A stretch of DNA of 64,000 bases from Phoronis australis. Taxonomy: Eukaryota > Animalia > Phoronida. The stretch covers positions 210,461 through 274,460 of the forward strand of contig NMRA01000028.1 of the NCBI GenBank assembly GCA_002633005.1, written 5' to 3'. A model generated the notes under the pieces. It was given only the letters and a program-made list of their open reading frames with translations, searched no databases and was not told the origin of the DNA. A program made the position numbers and the translations under genes. This document shows positions 25,201 through 40,200 of the stretch, piece after piece (position 1 is the stretch's first letter; each line of letters opens with the position of its first letter).

Positions 25201-28200
25201 ATATCAATGTGAATGGAAGGGTCAACAATTTACACGCTTTTCATGATCGGAAGCGACGGTCTGGCAGTATTTACTACGTAAGCGAACACTAGTATATGGG
25301 CGGCTCACCATAGGGGGCTGGGGGGCTTTAACCCCCAACTTATTTCAGTGCTGCGCCGTCCATGCGCCAACAGAAGGTGTAGGTGGTATGAGAAAACTCT
25401 TTTGAAATAGATATCAGAAAGGCGGCGAAAATATTGGAATTGAAATCTCATTTACGCCCATAGTAGATATCATTACGAATTCAAACATGAAACTGGTTTT
25501 AGTTTCTATGACGAAACTTGCGTGTGAGTCATGACCACCGTTTTAGGCTCATATAAGACCGTACCCCTGAATATTTTACTTGTATTTGGCAAAATCAAGA
25601 AAGCTAACAGCGCAGAAAAGCCCCGACGGTACAAAATATGCAACAAAGACAGACACAGCCCCAGCCGTACGTAGCAGATACGTGAGCTCAACTGGAGATC
25701 GCCATCACGAAAAGCAAAAATGAAACCTACGGCGTCGCTGCAAGCAGTGTCACCGACAACCTTTGAACACCTTCGCCGAATCGACTTACTCTTCTAGCCA
25801 AATTAAACCATTCACTTGCTTTTTGCATCCCCAAGTTGACAAATTTATCACCACCACCACATTGTTTTTTCCTTCTACCAATAGACTGTGGAATAACCTG
25901 AGCCAAGAGACACTTTGAGGGCTCTCAGTATTAGACACGTAGCTTGACATATCTTTGCAGCCACAGCACCAGCGGCTCAGATCATTCTCGAAGATTATTT
26001 CACTGCGCTTAATCGCTTTTAACTGCACTTACGAGTTCTTTGATACGCCGTAAAATGTAACAATTTCGTAAAATGTAACAAATATTATATTTTACGTCAG
26101 TGTTACATTTTACGTCGCTACGTCTCTTCTAAAATGTAATAAGTTGTTACATTTTATGTAGTTGTTACATTTTACGTAGTTCTTACATTTTACGTTGAAT
26201 GCACATGCGAGAAATGTACCATTGTTACATTTTACGAAACCAACGTCATATTACAAGGAAAATGACTAAAACACGAAGGAGTGGTATCTGACACGGCCAG
26301 GGGTACAGAAGTATTTATGGACAAGGGGGTGCCGCCCGAAAAACTTCGATGCCTACTCGTTTAGAAAGTGAGCTCGGACAAAGAAATGACCCAATTAGAG
26401 ACTGATTTTGTGTAAAAATTCACATTTTTGCACAGTTCAGTTCCAGAAAAGGCACACTTTTAGATTGCATTCTGTCGAAAATGGCACCATTTTGGAACTT
26501 TCTGCTGCGAAAAAACCTTTTGGGCGGGACTTTTCGTATACTTTATCTATAGGAATGCTCTCCGGGCTGAAACGGCATGAATTTGGCTACCCATTATCAT
26601 TTTTATTAGTATTACATTATTATTACTACTATGTCTACTATTACTTCTATTACTACTATCACCATTATCGTTATCGTTATCATCATTATTAATATTAATA
26701 ATTTTGGGCGCAGTGCAATATGCACAATACATGTTAATCAAAGTGTAAAACATCATGGTCTTAAAAGATTTAAAATAATCTCATTTATGGTTCAATGTTT
26801 TCATTGGGCTTTCCATTGTGGACAGCGAGTGCTGTTTCAAAACGATTTTAAAGGTGTTCCTGTGTTCAGCCCTAACGATATTGTGAGAAATGTCTTGTCA
26901 GCAGTGGATGCAGAGTTCGCTTATTTTTTGGAAACGAGGAGGTTGAGATTTAAAGTCTTGTTTAGACGTGTGCCAACTTCAAAAATTATTTTTGAACTAT
27001 CGGTATTGTTTGTAAATATAACTATATCCTTCTGTAGTTTACCTCGAAGAAGTGAATTCAGACCGTAATCATTTACTTGCAACGTGAGGATACCCACCGT
27101 GTAATCATTTTTGTCTCTTGTTGAAAACATTCCTTTTCAAAGAACTGGGCATTGCTGTAGTGGTAAAATAAGAGGTAACTAGGCGCCCAAAGCCCACCGT
27201 ACCACCTTGAGCACGGAACGTAACTTGCGGTGCGTAGGCGCTACGTTCAAATGCCAAAAGGTGGTTGGCTGCGCCTACGTGCGCCTACGCCCCACTACAG
27301 CATTGGAACTGAGCTTGTCCCACGATGATGTGTAAGTTCAAAAATTGCGTCAAGTTGCACCCTGGAGGCAGACCTTTTTCGAGAACTAGCAACTAGTCGG
27401 CTATGGCAGCGGTCACCGCGTAATTAGAATAGCTGGTAACGGACATAGGCTGCAAAACACGCAATTTTATGTGGGACGGACCCCAATATTTTTAGAAAAA
27501 CATAGTGATTTAACTGAGTGATTTCAACTAGGTTTCATTGAAAGTGGATTGTATGGAACAAAAGCGGCCAACGTCGACGTCCGCGATGTTTGATTTCCGC
27601 TTTTTATACGACGTATCAAAATGATTAATGTACCAAATTCCCTATCTGCCTACAACCACGCGTGTTGTCGACAGCGACCTGCCCAAACAATGGCGCCTCA
27701 TGAGGCACGTGGCTTCACGTCTATTAATAGCAGAATGTCCATTATTTATATATGCTTCGAACTAACGAACAATGACCAAATAGCTATTTTAATTCATATT
27801 TTATGTTAAAAGATAATAGAAAGAGAAAGTACATGTTTGTGTAGTCTGAAAGGATGGCAGTCAGCTTTTTTGGACTATTGCCCCTTAAACTGTAAACGGT
27901 TAAAACCGTTTAGTGACTCCACTGGTTTTTAATTGCCACTGCCTTGACAACATATTTCTATCTCGTTAATGAAAATGCCTTATGGTAAAAGTTTCCCAAC
28001 TGATATGTAAACTGACATTTGTACATGCACTGTGTTCTACAGCCCTACGCCACTAGCTTACAGTAACAGCATTGGACTACCACACTTACGAAAATTTTCA
28101 ATAGGATTTCCTATAAGATTTCCTAAAGGGTTTCTATAGGAAATTCTATAGGATTGTATAGGGAATCCATTTAGATTTTATCGCAATGTCTTATAGCATC

Positions 28201-31200
28201 CTGCAGGAAATCTTATCAGATCTTATAGGAATCCAACTGGATTTCCTATTGGATCCTATAGCATTTTCTATAAGCATCCAACAAGATTTCTTAAAGGATT
28301 TCCTGTATGATGTCCTAAAGAATTTTCTATATGGAATTCTATAGGATATTCAATTAGATTTTGGCCCAATATTTTATAGGATCCTACGAGATTTCCTGTA
28401 GGAATTCCTATAAGACCTTGTAGGAATCCAGTGGGATTTCCCACAGCATCATATAAGATTTCCAATGCATACATAATAAAAAAACAACAATGTTCTCCAC
28501 AATGGTGATTTCTCAGTTCTGGTAAATTAGTGAACTTTGTCCTTACAGCAAACTTTACAGTCGAGATATTTATCTATGTTTCAAATGGGTACACTAATGG
28601 TGTTGCAAGAGACTTGTTTGTTCTTTTTTGCTCTTTAAATCTTTCAAATCATGTTACTGTTATTTAATATTTAATTACTGTATATTATAAGTATTTTGTA
28701 TTGTTCTTTGATAGTCAGTGCTTTAAGCCTATGGCTAGTGTTTTAATTGCTGTAAAGAATACTGTTCATTGAATCGCTTTTCAGTGACACCTGTTGTCCA
28801 ATTGAGTAACTGTCCCATTCTAGCCACTAAGCCGTCACTTAAGATAAAAAACCTTTATTCTACACATAGTCAAAATGTTCCCTTAGATTTTTAGACGCAC
28901 ATTAAAGTTACAAAACCTAAAATTGAACAGCTATAGCGAAAGCTATATAGTTGACCTATTTAAGTTTTCTTAGTAAGGATATCTCAAAACTTATTCACAA
29001 AAATTGTCCATTTTTACAATATTTCACGTATGTCTAGAAAAATACATTTTCCTCATTCACGGGGAATTTCAAATACGAAATATATACTGTGCATCGAAAA
29101 AACATGATTTAGCAGAACCTTCTTGGAACAGCACAACCACATGGATATTTGTTCACTACTTATCCGAGGTCACAGGTTACAGGGCTGCCACTCAAATCAA
29201 ATCTCCCACCAGGTACAAAGCAGCTTAATTTGTATGATATGTACCCCCAGTCCTTTCAATCACCGAGTCGTAAATAAGAAATGCAATCCAGTGCAGGGGG
29301 TTACTGTTGATGCGATAATCATAAAAACTGATTTGCATTAATGACCCCCACAAAAAATCGCATGGTAAAAGGACAGAAAATACTAACGTGACCCACAAGT
29401 CCTCCAAATTGGCTCAACTGAGATTTGTGACCTCTGGACAAGACCAGACACGATTTTATTAATGATCGATGGAAAACTCTCAAGGGTTTCTTTACGGGCT
29501 TCATTTCTCTTTCTTTAGTCGTTGTCATGCAGTAGGCAGGGCGGCATGAGTATTGACCCAATGATCAAAGCAAAACCCAACTTGAGAAAGCTCGTACCGC
29601 AGCCTAAAGTAACATAAACGGCGACAATGAAACATCAATCAAAAATGCTCAAAGTCGAACATAATTACACGAATTTGTCTCAGACAACATTCCAACAAGT
29701 GTTCGAGCTTTTTCATAAAATACTTCCTTAAGTGAATGTGTCTTTTTGATGTTGTGACGAATGTTGTTTAACATGGCTTAGTCATTAAGTTTAAGTAATG
29801 AAATCAACGTCATAACATTCAGTCATTCCCATTGGTTGAAATTTGGGAAACCCCTTTCAGTGCTGTTTCCAAGTACGGCGGCCACCTTTGACTTGAATAG
29901 TGGCAATTTATTAAAGACGAGCAGCGATCGAAGTAAACAAAATCAAGGGAACCCCGATCCAATGGCTTAAGCTCAAACAGGTACAGCCCACCAAGGCAAG
30001 TGGTGGCGATATGATCGGTATACTTCCAAACAAGGCATTGATGCCCACACACGGAATTCCATGTGTCGTTCATCATTTTCCAAAGGGCTACTTTTCAGTA
30101 TAGGTGGCGCTGTGTCAGAGATAAAATCTGCGATGCCAATGACCTTCGCTTTCCTTTGGTTCAATCACGTGACCTTGAGGTACTGCCTTTACTCTCAAGC
30201 CCACTTTTGCCCACGTAGTATTCTTAGAGTCCAGGCATGATTTCCATACTCTGGTAATATTTACGTCCATAAAGTGCGTAATTATCAAGTTGCCTGATTC
30301 CTTTAGGAAAGCGAGCTTTGTATAAATACGCCACTGACTGCCCGAGAGCATTCAGGTTGAATTTCAATGACTCAGCGAGAGGTGTCAATCGGTTAATTAG
30401 TCAAAGAATGTCAACATCATAAGCTTTTCAAAAACAACTTCAGGTTTACTTTTAAATTCAACCAAAAGTATTAGCATGACAAAAGTAAGTCGAGCCATTT
30501 CTGGAAGAAATTAATGCTAACCCACCTAGCTCTACCAAAGCTGTCATTTCTGAAAGTGTTCAACTCATCTCGCACGGCAGTGCAGCACTTGATTTTGCAA
30601 CTTTATTTATTCTAGAGAGGTTACTCTAAATCCTTTTAATGTGCCTCGACTCTTCGCCTCTTTCTCACAAACACACAAGAGATTAGCGATTGGCTAATAT
30701 TTTTCGAGAAGCCAATCGTCCCCAAAATAACCCCAAATTGCCGCTTTTTCGGCCGTAAAATCGATGGTGTGCCTTTTTCTACGGTAGGAAATCGTTCTCA
30801 AAGAGACAGTCATATGAAATATGTCACGTCCATTTTCAGCGAGCGTAGCAATGCTGTTAAACCGAAGTTAACAACTCAGCGAAGTACACACGCTTATGAA
30901 ATATTGTTGGGCAGGATTGCAACAAAAATAACTTGTAGTGATACTGGTTTACTTGTTGTGAAGTCATGTCTATTTCCCTATCTTAAATACTAAGTAGTTC
31001 GGTGTTTAAAGAAAAATAGGTTAAAGAAGGCGGAGCAGAAGGTTATACTTCAGAGACTTTAGTGTAGGACTGACATCATAATCATAGACATTAAACTATT
31101 ACCTTCATGTTCAAACTGATCTAAGTGGTGATTAGTACTTACAGAAACGTTTTTGGATGTTGTGTAACGCAATGTTGAAATGACCTGAACTACTAAAACG

Positions 31201-34200
31201 GCGCTCTAGCAAATGAAGTGCTATATCACATCAGTGGATATTCGTAACAAGTTGGACCAAAAACAACGTAACCTATGATATACTCATGACTATTACTCGA
31301 TGTAAAACCGTGCTGTTTCAGTAGACACCATAATTCGAGGATTAAACTAGTAGCGCAAAACCCGAGGGACTAATTAAGGTTTTGTAGAGATATTACTGTC
31401 TAATGCAAATGTCTGAGATAGCGTTTAATGGGGACTTTGGGAAGATATGTTTTCCACGATAGAACTAATTAGAATGTTATGCGGTTATACACCGTGACTT
31501 TGGCAACGTGTTTTCGCCATACACACTCTGTAAAACACACAGTCACACAGGAGATAGACAATTTCATCCATTTAAGTGTGTAAATAACAGTTGCGATTAA
31601 CTATTGCGGAGGTATGATAGCATTCTTGTTTCAAAACTGCACCTACCATTTACATTCACTCTCTCAAGTTCATTATAAAGCGATTTAAATAAAGAACAGA
31701 GAAGGCAATTGTGTTTGTATTAAGGGTAATTTTGCAGCAACTCCACGTTTACATTTGTCCAATTTTAATGGCAAATAATTATTTCAAACAAAATCAAGTT
31801 TTGTACAAGTTTTATGCACGCAGTGCTCAATAATGAATTATTGCGAGGCATTCAAAAAGGGCGACATTGAATGAAAGCTGAATTTCAAGTTTGATATTTA
31901 CTATGATCCTTAGGCATTTTAAAAATGTTTGTAAAAGTTTTATTATCAGTTATATCCCTAATATCCTGTCCTGCCTATGATCGTCTGGTTATCCTAGATG
32001 AATTTTTAAGTTAATTCTAATTCTAGTTAGTTCTTATTAGTGTATGCGTACGTCATTCAGGAAGTGACGTTCGCGGCCCGAATTAATGCCGTCAGTTTTG
32101 TTTACATGCACTTCGCATGTGTGCATTTGGCATCAGATGCTTCATTTTGTACATCAGCTTGTAACAAGTTAGACCGTTACTTACGTTTCGCATCTATATT
32201 CAGTATGTCTTGAAGTTGTTGCATGCAAACAGGGATCATATAACTTTTTAAGATTTCCGTTTCACCGATTTATATACACGTTTATTCGTGTTAGGAATGC
32301 AGCGTTGCCTGTTCACGCCACAGCTAAAGCGTTGCAGAACCAGCGATCGCGGTCAAACTTGATTGTCGGATTCCGAAAGTGACATGTGCACAGGGATCAC
32401 GAAGGTACTTGCTAAACATCAACCATCGGCATTTTCATTATTGGCTCTGTCGCCACCTACAAGGAGTGTCGTTTTTAAACGTGAATTGCCGTGAGCTGCA
32501 GCCACTGTAGTGGATCGAGGCCACTAAGTTGGTGTCACGCATGCGTGTGAGCAGTCACGAGATGGCCCAACTCCATCAACCGGCACAGCTTCGTATTTTG
32601 TTGCTGCCGACTTCAGCCATTTCCCGTCCACTGGTGATTTAACAGTGGCCAAATCCTGCTCAGGTGAGTTCCAGTTCAATCTAGTATTGCCAGAGAATAC
32701 TCGTAGAAGGTGAATAATTACGGCAATTTTTGGAAAATTGTGTCAACCAACAGATGTCTACCGAATGAATCGTCGCACAAAAAATCTGGCGCAGAATGTC
32801 CAGGCCGCAAGCGTCATTTCCGGAGCGACACGAGCAAAATTTATCAGAACCCGCGGGAATTTCATTCATTTGAAAAATTTTTGAAGGTTACCTAAAAACT
32901 GTAATCTAACCAAATGACACTAACTCAGCTGCCTTCACCTTTAAGGGTGGGTGAAAAAGAGGTCAACGATTTCCGAAATGTACAATCATCTATTAGGCAT
33001 TACGGTAGTTGGGCATTGAATCATTGCCCAGTTATCCCGGTTACTTACGTAGGCAGGGTTCTGATGGCGTTACACTGGCATTCCGAATGATTCAAAAACT
33101 GTATGGTTTCCACGAATTGTAGAAGAACGTTATCACTTCCCTGTTGTCTGAATGTCTGAAAAGCAAACAAGTACACATGAGAATTGACACACTGTCATCA
33201 AACATGTTAAGATAAAGCACACAATATCACTAAATAAAACATATTATTATTATTATTATTGTCCACTTAAGGAATGAAGACGACAAAACCATGGATGGAA
33301 TGGTGTTCACTGAATGCTTCAAAGGCAAGATGTAGCAGCCTCTGTTCAACTTTGTCGGAGATCACGACTTAAGTTGCGCAAGTTTTAGAAAGTCATTGAC
33401 GAAAAATAAGATATTTAAGTGAAACATATGTACATGTGCAAAGAAACGAATCGCGATCTTTAATCCAAGTTCAAGTAAAACGATGTCGCGTGTCTTTGCA
33501 TTCTCTACCAATAATTGCGGCTAAACATTAATCGGTGTTCCTGGAAAAGTCTGATAGATTGTCACTCAAATGCGAATGACCCCAACTTGAACTCCTCTGG
33601 CCAGCAATGCATGGGGATTTGTGAGGGGACACCTTCACTGGGACTGAGTGAGTCAACAATAACAGACGAGAGAAAGAACCTTGTAGACATAGTCATATGT
33701 CCTATTAAGATGACTGAATTGCAGTTCGCAGAAGCGAATCCAGGATGTTGCAAGGGGGCACAACCACAGTTACTGATATTTACCCAAGGAACCCAAGCGA
33801 CCGTCGAGGTCACCGACATTTCAGTTCCCGCCTCTTCTACTGATATAGTCTCATGCCAGGGCCCTTGTTCCTCATTCATTGCCCATTCCCCCCAGTCAAT
33901 TATTCGACCATGCGGCTTGTGCAACGCGGTCAGTATATCCATATGGAGGAACCTAACACGAGTTGATCAGTTATCGCAGTACAGAGTACATAAATTCTTG
34001 AGAAAATATATTTGCCTGGGCAGAGGCGAAACATACTATATTTGTTTATGTTCGTTGCATTCCAGGAAATATAGGTTATGTGAGACCCTTCATAATGAAC
34101 ATTTATCAGCCATGGTTGTGAGATCTCCCACTTTCGTCAACATTTGTTTTGACGCTTGCCAATAGATGTGATTGGTGAAGAAATAAACTTTGTGAAAAAC

Positions 34201-37200
34201 AAAAAATTTCAAAAATAAAGGTTCAACAAAATCAGCAACTTTATAAATACCCTTTCCGTTTTTTCGCCTGTTTCGAGCGCGGTTTCATCACTCGAGGGAC
34301 GTCACTAGGGATATTTAGCAAATTACTGTCATGCATACAGCGTTTTACCGGCAGTTTATCACTGATCAAAAGTGAAGGACAATGCCGTTCAACTGTGGCG
34401 GCCATTTTGTTGGTGCACTGGCAAAAATTAAAAACAAATGCTTTGAAAATTTTATATTTAATTCTGGTTGTTTTAAAACCATTTGATTTGAAAGCAGTAA
34501 CGTTTGGGAGTAAGTTTCAACTAGATTACCTTGCAGTCAAATTCATTTGATAAAGTTATCAACTGAAGAGAAGCGGACAGAGTACCCTTTAAGGCATGCT
34601 TTAGAACTGTCTTATACGTAGGCCTACTGCGTCAACACAGACCAAGATAAAAAACCAGGAAAACTAAGTGGTTAAAATCACCAACTTTGTAAACACCCCC
34701 ACAATCTGTCAAGTCGTTTGTTACGTGCGGACGACTCTGCTTCCGTTCAGTCAGTTTACTAGATGGCAGACTGCACGAATTTTCCTATCAAACTAAAACC
34801 GTAATCCCAGACCGACCACATTGCGCTTTAAGAAATAACGTTCTATTTTCCACCGACTACTTAATAAAGCTTCATTTCGCCCTCTTTACCTGGTTAAAAA
34901 CGAAATTCGAATTCGGCTTTATTAACTCGTCCACAAAAATTTCCTTACCACGATAAAACTTGTTTCCAGTTACTAAGAAGAATATAAAATCCTCCAAGTC
35001 ATGAAATAAAATGCAGAAATCGTCGATTTTACGGTGGTTGGCCAACCCTGTAATTCGAAAATGGCGGGCAGGGAATTCAGTCTCGTGACACAACAATGAC
35101 CATTTTCCGTCAATACAATGTTATCATTTGAGCAATTCAAGGACTGTGACAACGAATGTCGACATGGTGCGTGTGCCTAATTTATTACATTTTATGCTTG
35201 GCGTGAGCTTAAGAGAAAACAGAAACTTTGCGAAGGGCCCCTTTTTAGATAGTAAAACAACATTACAGCTATCACTGCGGTTAAATGTATTGCATTCGTT
35301 AGCCTCTTATAGACTCATTGAATACTGAAAGTGTTACACCTAATCAGGTTCATCGGGGTTCACTTTGTAACCGAACAACGGAACGTCAGAAGACAATTTC
35401 ACGAAATTACTCTGCAAATAGGTATTCTTTTCTCGATGTGTTGGCGGCTGGCAGCTGGTAGCTTGGTGGTGATAGGGAAACCATACGTGTTAAGTGTAGA
35501 GAAACAATCACCAAAGCCAAAATGCCAAAAAACAACTTAAACAGGAATGAAGAGATGGCCCTACGTAGCCTATCACGGGATGAAAACATCATCATCCTAC
35601 AAGCTGACAAGGGCAATACAACAGTAGTACTTGATAAGGATGACTACAACAGGAAGATGACTGATCTGGTATCTAGTGGGCAGTACAAGGAAGTAAAACC
35701 TGAAGTGACCAAGGGCGTGGAAAGCGGGAAAATCTAATCACTCCTGAAAACTGTAGTAAGATCATTGCCACGCGACACACTCCAAAGAATCAACCCAAAC
35801 AACACAAAAGCCCTGCACATGTATGGTAAACCTAAGATACACAAACCTGATATGCCAATGAGACCAATTATAAGCAACATTGGTTCTCCCTGCCTCCAAC
35901 TAGCTAGATTCCTCAACAACATCATATCCCCACTAGTTGGAAAAACTGACTCGAAGCATTTCGTGTCAATGTTGTCATCAGTTAGCATTACACGAAATGA
36001 CACCATGGTGAGCTTTGATGTCGAAAGTCTATTTACAAGTGCACCAACATCAGAGGTTCTTGCATTACTCAGGTCAAAATTAGAACATGACCACTAGACA
36101 TCAGAGGATGTAAACCTCCCAATAGGCTACATTCTGGAATGGGTGGCATTCTGTGTCAATACCACCTACTTTCAATACCAATACATGTTCTACGAGCAGA
36201 CACAAGGAATGGCAATGGGTTCACCGCTATCACCAGTCTTAGCTAACTTGTACATGGAGTGGTTCGAACAAAAAGCTCTCAGCTCAGCTAACAGGCCCCC
36301 AAACATGCGGAAACGATACGTTGATAACGCACTCACAATATTCAGCCAAGACTCAGAAAATCTATCAGAGTTCCTTGACCATCTGAACAACATAGCGCCT
36401 ACAATTACATTGACAATGGAAGAAGAGACAAATAACAGTCTCCCATTCCTAAACGCACTAGTGACTCGAGTTGAAGGAGAATTAACGTCAGTCTACTATA
36501 AGATGACCCACACAGGACGATACCTCGACTTCAACTCCATCCACACCAAATGAGTCAAGAAGGGTATAATCAAATACCTTGCATCAAAATCAAGAAAAAA
36601 TCTGCAGTAATACAGCACTCCAAGCAGAAATGACCAACCTGACGGAGACATTCGAAACAAATGGCTACCCAAGGGATTTCATCAAGTCGGCTTTAACATC
36701 GCAAAGAAAAGAGAAAGTGGCAGAAGAACGCCCACTGCAGACTATGTGCTTACCATATGTACCCGGAACCGAGAAGCTAGGACGCATATGTAAAGAATTT
36801 AAAGTAAGAACAGTATACCACAGCTCATACACACTGGGTCGGCGACTGACGAAAGTCAAAGCAAGAACTGACATGGGGAAAAAGGAAAATGTCATCTATG
36901 AAATCCCATGTGGTGAAACATTAAGACCACTAGAGACAAGAACTGCTGAATATAAGAGGTGTTGTAGAGAGAGAGTAATACCTCATCAGGAGTAGCAAAA
37001 CACATGTGGTCGAAAGAACACAATATCGAGTGGAATAACATCCGAATACTTGTCAGTGGAACAGGTTGGAGCGAGAGAAAGATCAAGGAAGCCATGTACA
37101 TGAAAGTACAAGCCAATGTCTTCAGTCAACCAAGCAAATAACCAAGTGACACTTGGCTAAGTCTACTTAGGAAGGTTTAAGTATAATAAAATACCCTCTA

Positions 37201-40200
37201 AGTAAATGGATGACTCGATGGTGTAGTGGTTAAGGTGCTGGACACGAATTACCTGTACTTTCAGAAATCCTGCCTCGGTCAAAAAAATCACGCATGAGTG
37301 TACCACATATCCGTGCTCGTTCGGGAACACCTGAACCTGAGAATAGACCGACCGAAACGTCGTGACAGCGTAAACAGACAAGCGGTCGGTGTAAATAGAC
37401 CAAGAACGGTTTTGGAATCAGGTAGTCAGCATGTGTGATGATACCTGGGTTAGCTAGTTGACATCTGCAAAATTTCAACCAGTGGAGTCAGGTAGAAGCC
37501 AGCATTTGTGTTCCACACCAACGAGTAGATACAACTGGACTTGTATTTGGTACAGAGTTTGAATTTGATGACCATTAGCACCAAAGATCACTAGGATTAG
37601 AAAATGTACACTAAAATTCACCGAAACATCAATTTAGGCTAAAAGGGTATATGGGCAAAATCATCTATTATAGTTATTATAGTGATTCAAATTCAGATGC
37701 CGTGGGAGAATGACGATCACTTTTAAGTACTTAATCCGAAGGTCTTGGTACGCAATGCAAATGGTATTCGTTCTCTACACATCCCGAATTGCATAACTCA
37801 CACAACCTATTTTCATAGAGAATATGAGATCTAATCAATCCATATCAAAATTCACTGAAGCCTACGATTGGCAAGAAATTCCCGGTGAATTAAAAGTCAG
37901 CAACCAATGAACCCTGGTTGGTAACAACCAGTTAATAAGCGACATCTGATGAGCAGAGTCACAGCCCAAAATAACTACTAAAGGCACACGCAGCGCGCCT
38001 TCCTAAATTTTTGCAAGTCTCATCTTGTTCCTTACTTAGATTAGATATGATTTCTGAGATCGAGAAGTACTGTCCCGTCATTACTGCTTCACACCGGACC
38101 ATTGAGTTTTCTATCACAGCGGGTTAGTTTCAGGCGCCAAGGCAGTTTCTTAACAACCATCTTTAAAAATACTATTGGGCGAAAATGTTGATTGTTTTCT
38201 TAATATGAAAGAATGCACACTTTCGAAAACAAAAAATATGAGAGCAGTTGTTGTAATCACCAGATCCTCTCTCTAGAAACGGAACTTTGCACTCTCTAAA
38301 TTTATCTGGAAAATCTGGGTGCATATCAACTTACCAGAGAAGCACGCTAAAGTGCCCGTATTCACGTGCGTGCGTGTATATGAAACATGCTTCAAAAGTC
38401 ATAAAGAGGCCAGGAACGCAATAAACATACTAAATAGCAATATTGATAGTATCTGTCCGCCACTGAAACAGGACTCACTTATATGGAAAATGCGACCTTT
38501 GACCTCAAGCGACTTTATGCAACTGACTGTGAGCGCATGCGTGCATTTATCATAAGTGGGAGGGAGATTAGAAACCTTGCGGTAATAACAGAGTTTCTCC
38601 TTCGCGCGTATTTCAAAAATCGTGAATTTTGTGATTTTTTCTGGAAATTTCCTCACAGGAGAAAGTGAATTACTCTGTACTAGACGTTGAGAGATGGTAC
38701 TTTCGTCAGGAGTTGTTTTAAAGATCTTTTTGACGAGCTTTTGCGTTCCATGACTCTTTAAAAACTTACAACCGCCCTGGCCTTCTTTCAAGGTGTTCGC
38801 AAAATACTATCAATAGACTACTTCTAGACTATCGTCTGGACGATGAAGATCGTGTTTAGAGATCTAATCACAATGATAAAAACAAAAATGAGACGCAGTT
38901 CCAATTATGAACTCGTCTATCTTGTTGAACTTTTTGCGACTGATAAATTAACTTGATAAATTGGTATTTTAAGCAACACAGCACTTTGATTGACTGTGAC
39001 TGACCAATGAACAAGGGCTTAAGCATTGAGAGGAAACACTTGAAGAGGCACAATCGGCGACCGTGAAGCCTGAAGAAAATGCTCCAAGTTGGTCAGAATT
39101 ACATGAATTTATTTGAGCCAGCACTTCAACAGTCATGAAAAAAATATTGAATCCATTCTCAACAAGTTTTGTTAATTATAATACTCATGACTTGGTTTAA
39201 ATGTTTGAAATGGTGCTGCCAGAGAGAACGTATGAAGGATAAGTGAGAAAGTCCACATGCTTCTGAGAATGATACGGTATTGGTTAAGAATTCTCAAAAT
39301 GTTATGTATGTTAAAACATCCAATGATATGCAGTATGAAATGACTGTAATAGAACATGTTGGGCTCAAAATGTTAAGCATTTACTATACGTATTTCAAAA
39401 TGGTTTTGGTACCGCCTGGCTGAATCAGGGAGTTGGTAACGAACAATTACTCACTGAAAAATTAAAGCAATGTTGTCAGGACATTGACGTCCAACAATGA
39501 GAAGAGAATATATCGTCTCAAAGTTTATATGTGTACAACAATGCCAAAACAGATTTCATGTTGTAAACCGTGTTATTTACCGCTAAGCGTTTAACACGAT
39601 GCAGGTCATTCTTTACTAATTGTAAAAGAATGGGGTTAGATCCAGGCAATGTGTTTATTGTGAGTGGAACGTAATAAAAACTGAAAACACTTCCTGATAG
39701 AATGCAGTCATCATAAGGATCTAAGGCAACGGTGTTTATTCAGTGAACTATATGATCATTACAGACATTTGAATTTTGAAAGTCTGGGATTGGGTACTAC
39801 CAACATCAACATTTCGAGACATGTAGTTAGGGTTCTTGAGAACGCAGAAGCCAGACGAAAATTATTTTGAGATAGTTGATATATACGTGTGGGTGGGTTT
39901 GGTAAATTGCGCAGACTTCTTGTTCTGTGAAAACTTAAATATTATAATGTTGACCGAAGGCATGATTGCCCAAAAAATAATGACCTAGCCTAGGTACAAA
40001 ACTATACTTTGACAATAGTCTTCATAAAGCTTTCTGACTGGATAATTATAATCTAGCTCTCTAAACCGTATGGACGATGAAGATGGCATTCAAAGATTTC
40101 ATCACGGTGATAAAGAAACTGAGACGAAGGGCTAAAGACAAACTTGTCGACCTTTATGAACTCTTTAACAATGTCGCACAAAAAGAGGCTCAGAGGGTGT

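Larger units (their letters stand above)
35500..37400 (+). mobile_element. Degraded Penelope-like retroelement (RT + GIY-YIG) in a PVF intron
   Basis: Frameshifted motifs: ADKGNTTVVLDKDDY, YGKPKIHKPDMPMRPIIS, VSFDVESLFTS, YEQTQGMAMGSPLSPVLANLYME, RYVDN, LPFL, HTGRYLDFNS, NGYP, LPYVPG, NVIYEIPCG, SGVAKH. Confidence 0.92.

Noticed and set aside
37212-37287. Functional tRNA gene
   Set aside because: The anticodon arm and T loop are degenerate (no GTTCRA) and it lies within a retroelement.
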